Positions 10,725 to 23,654 are shown, numbered from the stretch's first letter. The stretch is 64,000 nucleotides of DNA from Camelus ferus (GCF_009834535.1 NC_045697.1:56050001-56114000), one strand, 5' to 3'. Made by a program: numbers and translations. The notes: generated by a model from the sequence alone, not told the origin.

Positions 10725-13700
10725 GTAGAGCGGTGGGGGTGGGGAGCGCCGTGGCCCCGGGCGAAGGGGCGAGGCGGGGCCTGGAAGCGCGGGTCTGAGC
10801 GCTCTGGACGCGGCTGCCGCGGATGAAATCGCACCCTTCGTCTCGAACTAACATTTGTTTTCCGCTTTCGCTAGCTTTTTCCCTCGCTCTCCGCCTTCTC
10901 TGGTTGCATTGTTTGACATTAGCTGCGGAGTGCTCGGCGACGAACCTGCCAGTGGACCGAAGCTGGCTGGGGGGCTGGGAAGTTGGAAGCCGGGGGGTGA
11001 AAGGGCGCCGAGACCCTCGCTGGGTGGTTGGGTGCGGCTGTGTCTCACTTGAAGTGCGTGTGGAAGTGATATTCCGGGCTTGAAGGATTGGGAACTGTTG
11101 GGAGCGCAGTGACAAGGATCTCGGGAGCGGTGGGGCTTTTAGAAACCGTTATTTGAGGCCAGGGATGGGAAACGTTGTGGAGGTGGCTGAATGCTTTTAT
11201 TTTGAGAGAAAGTGCCTTCTGGGAGCTGTTATTTAGGGCATCACCAGCTGCTATTCCGGGGTGGGTGGTGAGAGCCGTTATTTCTAGAGGGAGGGGAATG
11301 GCGTAGGACGAAAGGCGCCCCACACTGTGGGATGCCCTTCACTTTGGGGGTTCATAATCACACTGAGGCAAAAGTGGAAGAAAGCAGAAGGTGGGATGCC
11401 GCGGGAGGGGGAGGAGGGTGGGGGTGTGTCGCCGCCAGGAAGGTGCTGCGGAAACCCTCTGGTCACGTCTCCCCATGTTTCCGTGAGGGAAAAGCCCCGC
11501 TACGGATCCTGGAGTCCCCAGCTCTCCTCCCCACCCCCAATCCTGCGCTCTGGACCCAGAAGACTGTCCCCGCCTTGCACCGGGAGAGTAGGGCTGGCGC
11601 GGGAGCAGCACCTGTGCGGCGCTCGCGACTCTCGGAGCTGCTCTGAGCCCCTCGGCCTGCGGGCTCTCTCTCCCTCCTCTCACACGGCCGGACAGCGCTC
11701 AAAGGCGCATCTCTCTAGGGTCGGGGGCAGCACCTCAGATCCGGGTCAGGGCTGCGAGAAGCCCTCAGCTCCACCACGAAAACATCGGAAACCCTACCCC
11801 CTCGGCTGGAAGACTGGGGTTTCGATTTGGGGCTCCACATCCCCCGCGTGAGGCACAGAAACTTCGGAAATTCCTTCCACTCGTGGGGCAGGGAACACTG
11901 GACGGGAAAGATGAAGCAGCCGCGGCGGAGTCCTGTGTGTCCTCGTGACTTGCACGGGTTGTGTCTTGGCTGTAGGAGAAGGCGCTGAGCTGGTTTCGGA
12001 ACGCTGCCAGCTCCCCAGCAACCGTGTGAAAAGCAGGGCAGATCGAGACTCCTCACCCCACTCCATGAACTTCTCTGTTTAACCTTTAAATTTATTTTTA
12101 AAAATCTGATTTAAGAATTATACGTAGATCCATCTATCTACCTACTACCTACCTACCATCTCCCATGCTTAACCCAAGCAATCTGCGTTTTTTACCTTCC
12201 CGATAAAGTTAAAAAAGTATTTTCTGAAGTCGTAGTCCTTTTATTAGCATCTCGTGTTAGATTCATTATGCTAGAAGTCCGAAGGATTATGACGGTTAGG
12301 AGTCCTTTTATCAATTTACTCCACTGAAAGGGGCATACTGGTTTGGATTTAAAGAGTAATTGTAATAGTAATATAATCTATCCTTTCGTGTTCCCATTAG
12401 GTTTCAGTTTCCCCACCTTCCCCTCGCCCCCAGGTGTGATGGGGAAGGGGCTTATCTAGAGGTATAAGGGAGTAAGTAGCTCTTGGTTAGAGAATGGGAA
12501 GAAATGAAGTCTTTGGGAGGGTGGCGCTAAATGGGAGCAGAAGTAGAGGCTATTCCGGGAGGAAGAGGCAAAAGGAAATGGAAGCAAGGAAATAGCACTG
12601 GTCTCCTAAGGTGTTGTAAGCGAAGCTGGAGTCTTGTGGAAGGTAGACTGGATGATATTACAGACTTAACAACCACAACTTGTGTTTTCCTTCCCCAGTG
12701 AGTCGAACACGCAGCAAAACTTGGGCTTTAGTGAGATGGGCTCTAACCAACAATGAGCTGAGCAGTACTTTACCACCCAGTGTTCTGAAGACACTAAAAA
12801 TAAAAGCGTGTCTGTCTGAGGCACATTTTGTAAGTCTTTATTTTACCTAATTAGAAATAAAATTTTACTGTGTACATATTTCATCTCATGCATCCCCACT
12901 GCCCAATGCAGTTTCCCATCTTTCCATTAGTATCATCCCAGACCTTCAATATTTATGTTCTTCTCCTTTTTGTTTTTCCCCATGATACTGCTATTCTGAA
13001 TCAAAGAACAAAAATATAAGATATTTATAACAGTAATCGGTTTGTTTATTTAAAGGTTCAGCCTCGAGTTTTTAAGTTTGTTTTTGACTGTTTCTGGAGG
13101 GACTTTGAAAGATCAGGGGCAGAAAGATTTGATGTGTGCACTGACTCCATTAATAACTTGCTCTCATACACTTTGCTTTCTGCAACCTATTGATACCTAT
13201 AGATATTTCTCATACTGTAGTGTATATACACATCATATATGTGTATGATATGAATGTTTCCATTATGTGAGAAAAAAATTTGAGGCAGATAGAAATAAAT
13301 GTCAGTTTACATATATAATTGGTATTCCAGTCATTTTAAAAATTTAAGTTTGGTAGACATAAATAAGCAGAATTGAACAGAAGAAATAAAATATGTATCT
13401 AGAATATTGGACTGATATGAAATGAATGTTGGAATACACTGGATAATAAACAACAAGAGGAAAATTTACTCTTTAGACTGAATTCTAAGATAAGGTAAAT
13501 ATATCTTTAATTGTCTTATTACACACATTAGGCATAAAATAACTTGTGGAAGAAACCTTTGAACTACAATGTGATACACAAGACTTTCGCTGTAAAATAA
13601 TCCAAGGCATATATAAGACAAAAAACTTATGTATGATCAAGCAGGACAAATATTAGCAAGTGTATCAACAAGTGAAAATTTTAATAGATTTAATAAGAGG

Positions 13701-16700
13701 AGCATGTCCACTGTTATGAATATTAGAGGTGGCCCTGGACTTATTCAGTAACTGCCACTTTTTCTGTCTGGAGATATATTTGTAAACAAGCATTATTTGA
13801 CAAGTGCTTTTCGCAGCAGGGATTCTTGGCCAATTACTGCTGAACAGCTCTGCATTGAAAATGATTCACCCGCAGTGAATCAAGCTTAATTCATTGAAGC
13901 TACAGTCAGTAATGTCCCAGTAAAGTGCTTCTGACAGTTGTCAGCAGTTTATATTTGAAAAGTCCAGTTTCTTGTCTCTGAATGTTTTGTATGTTTGAGA
14001 AAGTGGGATGGATGGGACTCTGGGGGAAAAGAAGCACACACGTAAGGGGAAAATTTGAGGGGCTTAACTGTTTGAAAAACATTCATAAAATGTAACTGTT
14101 TTCAGTGGGAAGAAAGAAAAGGAAGAAAGTTTGTTTTAGGGTTTTTCATGGTTTATAATAGGACCAGGCCCATAAAACGATTGGACAACATAATAGATTT
14201 GTAAAACTAAATGGCTTTGTTTTGTGGTCTTGTCATCCGGTTGTAATTCATTTCCTTTTAAATAAAGAAGCAGGACCCCATAGAAAAAGGACAGTAAAAT
14301 TATTCCCTCACCAGGATGCTACTGAGCAAAAAAAGAGAGCCATTACCCCTATTTGAATCATAGATTGTTGGAACTAGGAAGGCACCATGAAGAGTTTTGG
14401 CTTTTTACTTTATAAACCATGAGTGGAGAGCAGAGGCTTGGGTCTTGAAATTTTAAGCCTTTTTTGAGGTAGACAAAGATCTTCTTGGGTGTCAGGGCAA
14501 CTTGTAAGAGGATTTCATTTCCTCATATTAGGCAGAGAAGAGGTTGGACAATTCCTGCATTTCTAATGGGTATTTCTCCATCAGTTGAAAACATTATTGT
14601 AATATTGTCACTTTAAGTATTATTAATTCTTTATTTAAGCCTACAAAGGGTATAACCGGTATGGGAAATGGATTCATGTTTTTATGCTTAAGAAATGTAT
14701 TATTTGCCACTATTTATATTACTAATACTCTGCTCTACAAAATGTGACCATTTAGAGTATTTATACAAGAAATATCAGAATGAGACGACATGCTATTTAT
14801 AGACAAACATCCCCAAACTATTTAACTAAATATTAAACATTATTCAGTATTGCTACTGTTGAGAAAATGACTATGCTTTAGTTATTTTCACTGCATTTTT
14901 GTTTTTGACTTGACCACTTAAATCTCCTTTGTTATTTGCTTCAGTGGCCAATTAACTTCTCTTTCATTTGGAAGAAACCTTTCTACCTTTGACTGTAAAA
15001 ATAGAGTATAATATGCATGATTATATTAACTAACTATATTCATTTTTTCCTTTTGAGTCAAGCTTAATGTTCTTTTTTAAAAAGAGAAATGTGCTGTTAA
15101 TATCCTGAAGAAAAACTACTGTAAAAAGTATTGATAACACTTTATACTTAATTTTTTCAATTTAAATTAGCAAATACTTTTCATTTTACTAATGAGTAGC
15201 TTGAACTTCAGTTAGCAGAGGTATCTAATAGTTCAAAGATGATTATGGCATATTAGTTTTCATAAAGCATCAAAATTAACTGAAGTTTGAACATTCAGCC
15301 TTGCTTATAAATCATTAAAAATTGATTGCAGTATTCATCCTTTTGTTTTCTTTTCAGTAGGGGTGACTTTTAACTATAAAAACAATAGGAGAGCTGAAAA
15401 TATAGTTCTTAAAACCTTAGAGACTGAATGATTCTTGCTGTTCTCGTATCTCTGATGAGTATATATTTATCTATAAAACAGAATAGTTCCTACTGATGTG
15501 CTCTGCTGGGTAAATACATGTTTAGTTATTTTATCAAAATTTATATAATCAGTTGGTTAGGTAGTGATTTCCTCAAAGGAGTTATCCTAGCCTGTTGTAT
15601 ACATAAACACACCTAGTGGTATTTTTAAATGACATTTTAAAATGTATCATATATTCTATTGCAGAGTAAATGGTATACTTGTTTCTATGAATGTATACAA
15701 AGGAAGTTAAAATATAAAATGAATTCTAAAGGCTTTGTAAACACAGATTAAAATAGTCATATTTTAAACAAAAAGTTTAATAATACATAACTTTAAAATA
15801 GCAAACAAAATAGGTATATTCAGTAAGGTGTATTTGATTTAGGAAATGAGTAACGTGATCTATTCATAACATTTTTCAAAGCACTATATAACAATTAGAA
15901 AACTGGAAGATTTGACCGTTGTTTACTATGAAGATTTTATCTGAATTATCAGTTTCATTGAAAATGTAAATGACCCATTCTTAAGTATTTGGTTTTTAAC
16001 TTTCAAAACAATGAACATCAGTACTTAGGAAGTCTCCCTTTATCATATATTTACTTTTCCCTTTTTAGTTTCTGGCTTTCTAGACATTTGTTTATTCAGA
16101 GTTAATAAAATAGATTTTAAAGTGTTTGAACAAGACAAAAATTTACTTTTGAACAAGAAAAAAATGTTTAAGAATGTTAAATCCAAATTTTGGACAACAG
16201 CTCACTTTTTATAATACATTTGGTAACATATGCAAGGTATTGTGTTAAAGAACTTTCCATAAAAATAAGGATTACTGATGCCATAAATTGTACTATGAAA
16301 TAGCTATTTATAAATCAGATTACAAATAGATAGTGGTACAAGTATTCTTGAGAATTAAAACAATTGAAATTTGCATCTTCTGACACTATAGATTTCACAT
16401 GTGTAGGATTTATTCATTTCATTTATTCTGATCACATAAAATAAGAGGTGGCTGCAATTTAAAAATTTTATATGAAAATGACAGAAGAAAACACTTAATT
16501 GAATGATTTAAAATGTAATTCTAATCAATGAACTTCATGAGAGGTAGAGATTTTTAAATTCCCATTTAACTTCTTTCATTACCATCTTAAACAATTCTTA
16601 GCCAATATAATATGTTAGTGTAAAGCTAAAAATAAATAAATAAAAAGAAAGAACGCTGTAAAGTATATGAGAATTTGAATTGTGTTTGGTGAAATGTGTG

Positions 16701-17471
16701 GAAAATTATGGTCCTGCTCTTTTTTTTGTCTTCTAAAAGCTCAACATTGTCATCTAGTAAGTCTAATGAGAATCTCAGGTGTTAACAAAGTCGTAAAATA
16801 AAACTGTAATTTAGTAGGTACACCACTTGGAGTTTCTGAAAACTCTGTGGTTTAGCATTATAACATTTATTAGCTGCCATTTCATGTCAGTATACTCTTA
16901 ATGATTTTTTTTATTTTTAGCAATTTAAAGAAACCATAAGGAGTCATTTCTATCATTTAAAAAATGCTTGAAAACCCTCTAAAAAAATGTGAGTTTTGTC
17001 TTTAGAATCCCATTAACAGTATATTCAGTTAAAGAAAACCTAGTAAGCTCTGTTCATAAAGCTTTATTCTAGTTCTTTTTTTTTTTCCTATAGTTTCCTG
17101 TGGGTTTCGCAGCTACAATCTCTGATCAGTCTATGTGTTACTTTATTAATATCATTTAAGGTATTTCTTAAACTATTGAAGAACATACAAAACTTTGTGG
17201 ATCAAAAGTCAACCCTAGGTCATGCAAAAATCTGTATCTGTATCTCTCAGTGACTCAGTGTTCATGGCTTTAATTGTTGTGCATTTAATAAGCAGAATGC
17301 AGGACTGAGGACTGTGTGTGTGCATGTAGACACGTTTTGAAGTGTGTGGAAAGGTTGTGGTGAAGCTGGAAGAGAGAATGGAGGGGGGGTTATGTCAAAA
17401 TGATATTATAAACTTGATATTAATAAAAGTCCTTGGGTTTTGTTTTTTATATTTAACAAAAATACTATACC

Positions 17472-17510
17472 TGTGCACGCGTGCGCACGCACACACATAC
17501 ACACGCACAT
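17472..17510. repeat. Mixed (TG/CG/CA) alternating purine-pyrimidine tract
   Basis: tgtgcacgcgtgcgcacgcacacacatacacacgcacat. Confidence 0.9.
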
Positions 17511-18029
17511 TCTAATTTTACGTTTGTTTTACTGACTCTGAAAATATAAATCCCTAATGGAAGAAAATAACTCTTTAGTTCATTTTATTTCATCCATCTA
17601 GTTCTTCTTTTCTTCTATTTCCCTATAAGTTCTGCAGTTTCGTTGAGTCATGTCAAATGCTTGTGGTGTTAGACACCCCACAGATTAAATAATTAGGATT
17701 TAAGTGTCTGTGATGATTCTAATTCTGTTATAGTTGCTGGACTATTGCCCAGGCTCTCGTCTCCATCCATCACACACATCTTCGGTTCTAACTAAACTGG
17801 GCCCATAACTCTGTTAAGTAAATGATCCGGTTTAAAAAAAAAAAATCAAAGAGCCAAAACTGAAGGGTTGAAATAGTTTGCATATGCTTTGTGAGATAAT
17901 GTTCCTATTTGGAAACATGTTTCCGGCTAAGTATTGGAAGATTTAGAGAAAATACAGCCTGTTCTTTTACTCAGAGATGGGTAGTGTCTTTTTTCTTTTA
18001 TAATAATTTCACATTCTTATTTTCGTTTG

Positions 18030-18126
18030 TCCCGTCTCCCTTTCCCCTCTCCCCCTCCTTTTCTCCCTCCCTCCTTCCTTTTCTCCTTCCTTTCTCTCCC
18101 CTTCTCTTTCCTTCCTCCCTCCTCCT
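18030..18126. repeat. CT-rich low-complexity polypyrimidine tract
   Basis: About 95 nt almost entirely C/T. Confidence 0.9.
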
Positions 18127-19029
18127 GGTCAGGTACTCCATTTATGCAAAGTCCAAGCAAGATAAGAGGTTAAAAGCCCACCCAGGCCTGTTAGTTCCAA
18201 CACCCAGCAAGGAAGTCATGATTCCAGATTGGATGGTCAGACAATATAGTGTTCTGTTAAATAAAATCATGGGACCCAGTCCCTAAAGTTAAAGAGTAGT
18301 TTGTATCAAACAAAGTCAGATTTTTTTTTACTTAATTCTTCAGTCAGAAGTACAAAACTTTAAGGTATGTCTGTCAGTTTTGCGTTTCTTAAAAGATAGC
18401 TGTCTTATGTACTTTGCACTGGCTGTCTTTTCCGGTTTCAGGATGCTAGGTAATGGTTCCCCACCCCCACCCCCGGAAAGACAACTCAGCAGGTAGACCG
18501 GGCTGGCGAGGTTCAGCCCGGGTTGGCAGCAGCAGGCGCTCTATGAGCCGCGTGTGGTCCACACCCAGACCAGCCTGGTGTGCTCCTCGGGCAGGTGAGA
18601 CCGACCTGCCAATTTGTGGAAGGTGATGACGGACTCTCTCCTTCCTACACCCTAGGCAGTGTCGTGTTGCTGTTACAAGGTGTCTTGTTTAACGGGCACA
18701 ACCAACCTTCTGAAGAAAGCAGAAAATACTTGGGATCTGAAGGATTTTAACCATGTCTAGTTTCAAACCATCATATTTGATTTATCTGGAAGTGGGTGTG
18801 GGGGCAACAACAACAGAACCATTTAATCTTTCAGATTTGGAATTACTGTTTTTTGATTTAAGCCCACAAAAGCCAGAAGGGAAAGGATTAAATGGTAAGG
18901 AATTACAGAAAAAGAAACAAGAGAAAACCAAATCAAACCTCTGGCTTTGAAATTCAAAAAGGAACTAGTCTTGTTTCATTTTAAGTTTTTGTTTTCTATG
19001 TTTTGTGAGGGGTTTTGCTAATCTCCATC

Positions 19030-19170
19030 ATTTACTACATCTGAATTCTGTGGACAGTCACTTTTTTTTAACCTCAGTTTATTTGTCTGTAGTATGGTAC
19101 TACTTACCTCATATAATTGTTGTGGAGAATTAACAAAATGAGATAATTTTCTGATTGGTGAGCACTGCTT
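19030..19170 (+). mobile_element. MIR fragment
   Basis: cctcagtttatttgtctgtagtatggtactacttacctcatataattgttgtggag. Confidence 0.55.
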
Positions 19171-19267
19171 ATAATGTGAGTTGTGGCAGTTTAGCTGGTT
19201 TAAGTTCTGCAGAGTCCACGTATGTTAACACCTCACTTGCCGGTAAGGACTTGGCTATAACAAAGCA

Positions 19268-19473
19268 TCAGGTGCAGCCATTTTGTGCATTTAAGTTTGT
19301 TGTGTGAAGAACCATCCTTAAGAAGAATACAAAAATATTTTAGTTTTGCAAGTATAGCAGAAATACAGACTTAGTGAGCACATTACCAGTGCCACAGTGG
19401 CATGGAAGTGGCCCAGGTCTTTGAGGACTCTGTGGCTTAATTTTAATTAACTTCACAATAACTGCCTCTCACT
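19268..19473 (-). mobile_element. Non-autonomous hAT (Tip100/Zaphod-like) DNA transposon fossil
   Basis: Reverse strand begins gagaggcagttattgtgaagttaattaaaattaagc and contains aatgtgctcac and ttgcaaaactaaaatattt. Family recalled from memory. Confidence 0.5.
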
Positions 19474-20489
19474 GGGTAGTGCAGATTGGGGACCTGTAAA
19501 GGCCATGAACCGAGCTCTGCCAGGTATTAGAGATGTGTTCTTGAATCATCCACCTCGGATTCTTCATAGTTTAAGTGTTTTTAAACATAGTTTAAGTGTG
19601 TTTAACACACACTCAGAGGGATATTGTGAAGATAAAATAATAATAATGTATAGTGTGTACGTTGGTTAGTAAAATTCCTAGAGCAAACAAGTATACAACA
19701 AATGTTAGTCCCTGTGATTCCCTCACTACTAAGTATGGAGTATTTGAGATAAGCTTTCACAATCACAGGTTATTGTCTTCTTTGCATTGGATGGTGATTA
19801 AGGGGAATCTGGGACAGAAAAAGAGTCTAACAAAAAGAATTGCATATGCAGATTTTCCATAGAGCTATCAAAGAGAAAAATCAACCACATAATGTTGTCC
19901 TAATTTTCAGCTGGTTTCCTAATTATTTAATAGTGAATACTGGGATTTGATTAGGAAACAAAGGGGAGATCATCAGTGCAAGGATCATGGGTTGTAAGTG
20001 TTGCCTTTTACCTCATCGTTCCCCAAGTAAAGGTCAGGTGTTTCTTAGCCACAAATCGTATCGACAGGTATTGTCAAATGTTTTGGCTATTTAGTACTAA
20101 CATAGTATGTTTTACATATATATTTAACATAATATATAATATATATTCTTTAAATGACCTATGCAATGCTACTGAAAGTCGATTAATTGGGAGAATTAAA
20201 TTCTTAGAAGTTTCCTGAAACATGTCTCACACTTATTTTACACCTCTATTTTAGTTTGAAATATAAAATTTTCTGATCTGTTCAGTTATATTCAGAGTTG
20301 AAAATATTACTTGGAAATATAATTGAGCTTTTACATTTTTGAAAAGGTCTTAATACAATTCTGTGAGGCTTACCTTTTCTTATGTAAGTAACATAAACAG
20401 GTATGAGGAAATTTAGAATGTACTGTGTTTACATCTGCTTGTGAAATGTATGTGTGCATTTGCACACATGTGTGCACCCACCTGGATGC

Positions 20490-20735
20490 AATAATCATAG
20501 CTAATATTCAGTATTGATACACTATGTGCCATACAGTATTTTAAGTGGTCTGCATATACATGGATTTATTTTACTCAAAACAAGCCTAGGAGATAAGTAT
20601 TATTATTATTCCTATTTTACACATGAGGAGACAGGCAGGGAACAATTAAATAACTCGCCCAAGTTTACAGATCTGAAAGTGGTAGAAATCTGTACTCAAA
20701 CCCAGGCAGTCTGACTCCAGCACTGCTCTTATCAG
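20490..20735 (-). mobile_element. MIR SINE, near full length
   Basis: aataatcatagctaatatt...attattcctattttacacatgaggagac...cccaggcagtctgactccag. Confidence 0.85.
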
Positions 20736-21667
20736 CTTCTGTCCACAGGGGAAGACTGTTGACCAAAGGCCTTCACATCTCCGCAGGCACTCTGCCCTCC
20801 CCGTCCAAATAATGGCTCATTCCACAGACAGTAGAAGAACAAAGTGCATATAGAAATTCATGGTGAGTCCTGAGGATATTCTCATGTTCACGTTCACTCT
20901 TATCTCTGATTATTTTCCCTCTCACTAAATACATGGTCAGCTTGTCATCCAGCTCTTACACACTGATGGACCCCTCATGTTGACATCTCCCCTTTTCATT
21001 GCCCAGAACTCCACTAGCACAAGGCAAGATTTCTTTCTACACATTACCTCTCTTCTATTTCAGGCCATATTTTCTTTGGTTTGTAAATTGTTTTCTGTTA
21101 TTCTAGTATATAAGCAACCCAGATCTCAATCCCTAACCCAGGCTACACTCTAGGCCTAGCTGTATACACCCAAAATCACATTCAGAAACTCTCCCCCATA
21201 AAGTTCTATGTATTGCTCATTACTACCCCTTGCTCTATTGGGATTAGAGGACAGTTTTGAAAATAAAGTTTTGCCTTAAATCATGACATTATATTTTTTA
21301 GGCAACACTATTTTATTGTAAAAAGTGAGGACACTGAAATGTTCCATGGATTCAGTGGAAAATGTATTCACCTTTGGTCTCCTATCCAAGGCAACCTCTT
21401 GGGTGCTTTTTTCCTTTATATACATGGTTATATTAAATATTTTATAATCACTTTTATGTAGTTTATACTATTAAAATGCTTTATAGTTTATGAAATGTGC
21501 TAACTTACCTTATTTCATTAGAATCTCATTAAAAAAAAACTAGGATAGATTAGACAAATCATTACTATGAACAAAGGAACTGAAACAAGAAAATTTGATC
21601 TAGTGAAAAATCAGAAGAAGTTTCAAAGCCAAAGTCTCATGACTGCAGAATCAGCTTGCCACTTTAG

Positions 21668-21900
21668 GAAGCAGTGGGCAGAGTGGTAAGACTCCAGGCT
21701 CTGGAGTCTGCCTGAACCACTTAGAGCTGTGTGACCTTGAAAACCTAAAAAGCTAGAAAACCTCTCTGTGTCTATGCATTCTTTCCTGTAAAATGGAAAT
21801 ATTAATACATTTTAGAGGTGTAAAGATTAGGTTCACATCAGAAAAATGTTTTGTAAAGGTTCTGGTACACAGTAAGCATTTTATAAGTGTTAAATATTAC
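21668..21900 (+). mobile_element. MIR SINE
   Basis: gcagtgggcagagtggtaagactccaggctctggagtc...ctgtgtgaccttg...ctgtaaaatggaaata. Confidence 0.85.
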
Positions 21901-22049
21901 ACATGCTAAAAAGTAGTGTGAGTTGGCACTCTGACATTTAGCAGGGTCTAATTTGCTACATTAGTTAGTGAGTGCTGTCTAATATTTATTGTACATAGAA
22001 ATACCACAAGACGAGCACTTGACTTCAGTTCAGTTGCTCAAGCAACCCT

Positions 22050-22410
22050 TGTTTACTCCCTAGGTAAACACTTCAGTGACTCCCCAGTGCCCTCAGGGTA
22101 AAATCTTAACTCCTTGAGCCCAAGTACAAAGCTCTGCATGCTTCTGGCCCACCTCTCCTGCCCCTTCCCTACAGTCCCTGCAGTTGAGGCTCCTGTGGGG
22201 CGGGGAGCCCTGCTCTCAGTGCAGCTGGATTCTAGATGCTCAGTAGGAAACACTCAGCTCTTTCCTGCACCTAGGTAAACTTGATCTTTATGCCTCCTTA
22301 TACATGGTAAGACTCCTCCCCAATGTCCACAGTATTCTGTGCCCATTCTTTTTCCATGTGTTAGCATTTCATGCTGAGCTAGAATTGAGTTTTCCCTTGT
22401 TTGTACATTT
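22050..22410 (+). mobile_element. LINE-2 fragment
   Basis: cttcagtgactccccagtgccctcagggtaaaatcttaactcctt is a typical L2 3' segment. Confidence 0.65.
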
Positions 22411-23654
22411 ATGTTATTTGATGAGAATAGAAATCGCTGTAAAAAGTAAACTTTAACCAGAGAAAAAGCACTCTTTTGAACTGAGACATCCCTACTAACA
22501 GAGATAGTATGATTTGGAAACCAAAGCAAATTAATTCCAAGAAAACTGGCAAGGTTGGTTTTTGTTTTGGGGTTTTTTTGGGGTTTTTTTTGCATTTACT
22601 AAATGCATCAATATGAAGAAAGTTTTGCCTGTCTGTAGACGCAGTGAGAGCCAACCCCAATGCCTGACCATCTGTATGTACCAGTAAAGTATGTTATACT
22701 CTATAAATTTATGCTTAAGGAATAAATGGTATTAAGCAACTTCTTTGTTTCTTTAAAGACTCTGTCTTTAAACACGCCCAGTCTCACCACATTATCTTTC
22801 CTGATAGAGCCAATGTAGCTTTTTTCCTAAATTCATAACTATAATAGAGTTTAGAATCTCTGGTAGTAGGGAGTCTCTTCTAAACCGAGATGTTGCCAAT
22901 TAAAAGAGTGTATGATTTGCCAACCAAAAGAAATTAATACCAAGAAGTTTGGCAGTAGAATATTTTAGATTTACCAAAAATATCAATGAGAATAAAGTTC
23001 TACTGAGATTTGCAAACCACTAGGAAATAAATAGTATATATCCTGTAGTTACTATCTCTTTGTGATTTTATCAACTGCTGTTTATTCCCCCTCTTTCTTA
23101 TGATAAGTTCTCAAAATTCATATGACTTGAGGCATTGTCAGCCAACATAAAATAATCTTTTCTGCTTTAAGCATGACTTAATTTTACCTCTAGAAAAGCA
23201 ATTAATATAAAACATCTGTTTCTTAATGGTTTAAATTTCTTGGGAGGGGATGAATTTACTCTTTCATTTGTTCTAGACTTCCTGGATTATGTAGACTGTC
23301 ACTTACTTTATGAAGCACTTTAGATTTACAACTTGTTAGGAATTCTTAATATTGCAGGGAAAGTAGGAAAATGGATACCATTAACCATGTGAATAGAATA
23401 ACATTAAAAATAGATTTATAAAGGATAAAGTTTATAATGTAATGATGAATGGCTTTTTAAGTATAGTTTGGTTAATGTCTGATTAGTGTATTTAATTCTA
23501 ACCAGTGTCTGGTAAGTATATTTAAGTAACTATCCCTCTTGAGCATGTTTTTTATTTACTCTAAAAATTCTAATAAATACATCAGAAGTACCAGTGAGTT
23601 AATACTGTATTCTACTGAGCTGAGAATTCTTTGAGCTGAATCTTTCTTCTAGAT

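Larger units (their letters stand above)
9500..12060. promoter_or_regulatory. EPHA5: CpG island covering the EPHA5 promoter, 5' UTR, exon 1 and the start of intron 1
   Basis: Abrupt switch from AT-rich, CpG-poor flanks to GC- and CpG-dense sequence. GC-box GGGCGG at 9726-9731. No obvious TATA box. Confidence 0.92.

Noticed and set aside
9405..12066. More than 20 overlapping ORFs of 60-174 aa on both strands
   Set aside because: Expected from stop-codon scarcity in a GC-rich island. They are low-complexity Arg/Pro/Gly/Ala sequence and many have non-ATG starts. Only the 10544 frame matches a known protein.
20450..20476. Palindrome tgcacacatgtgtgca and overlapping hairpin
   Set aside because: By-product of adjacent TG/CA low-complexity runs.
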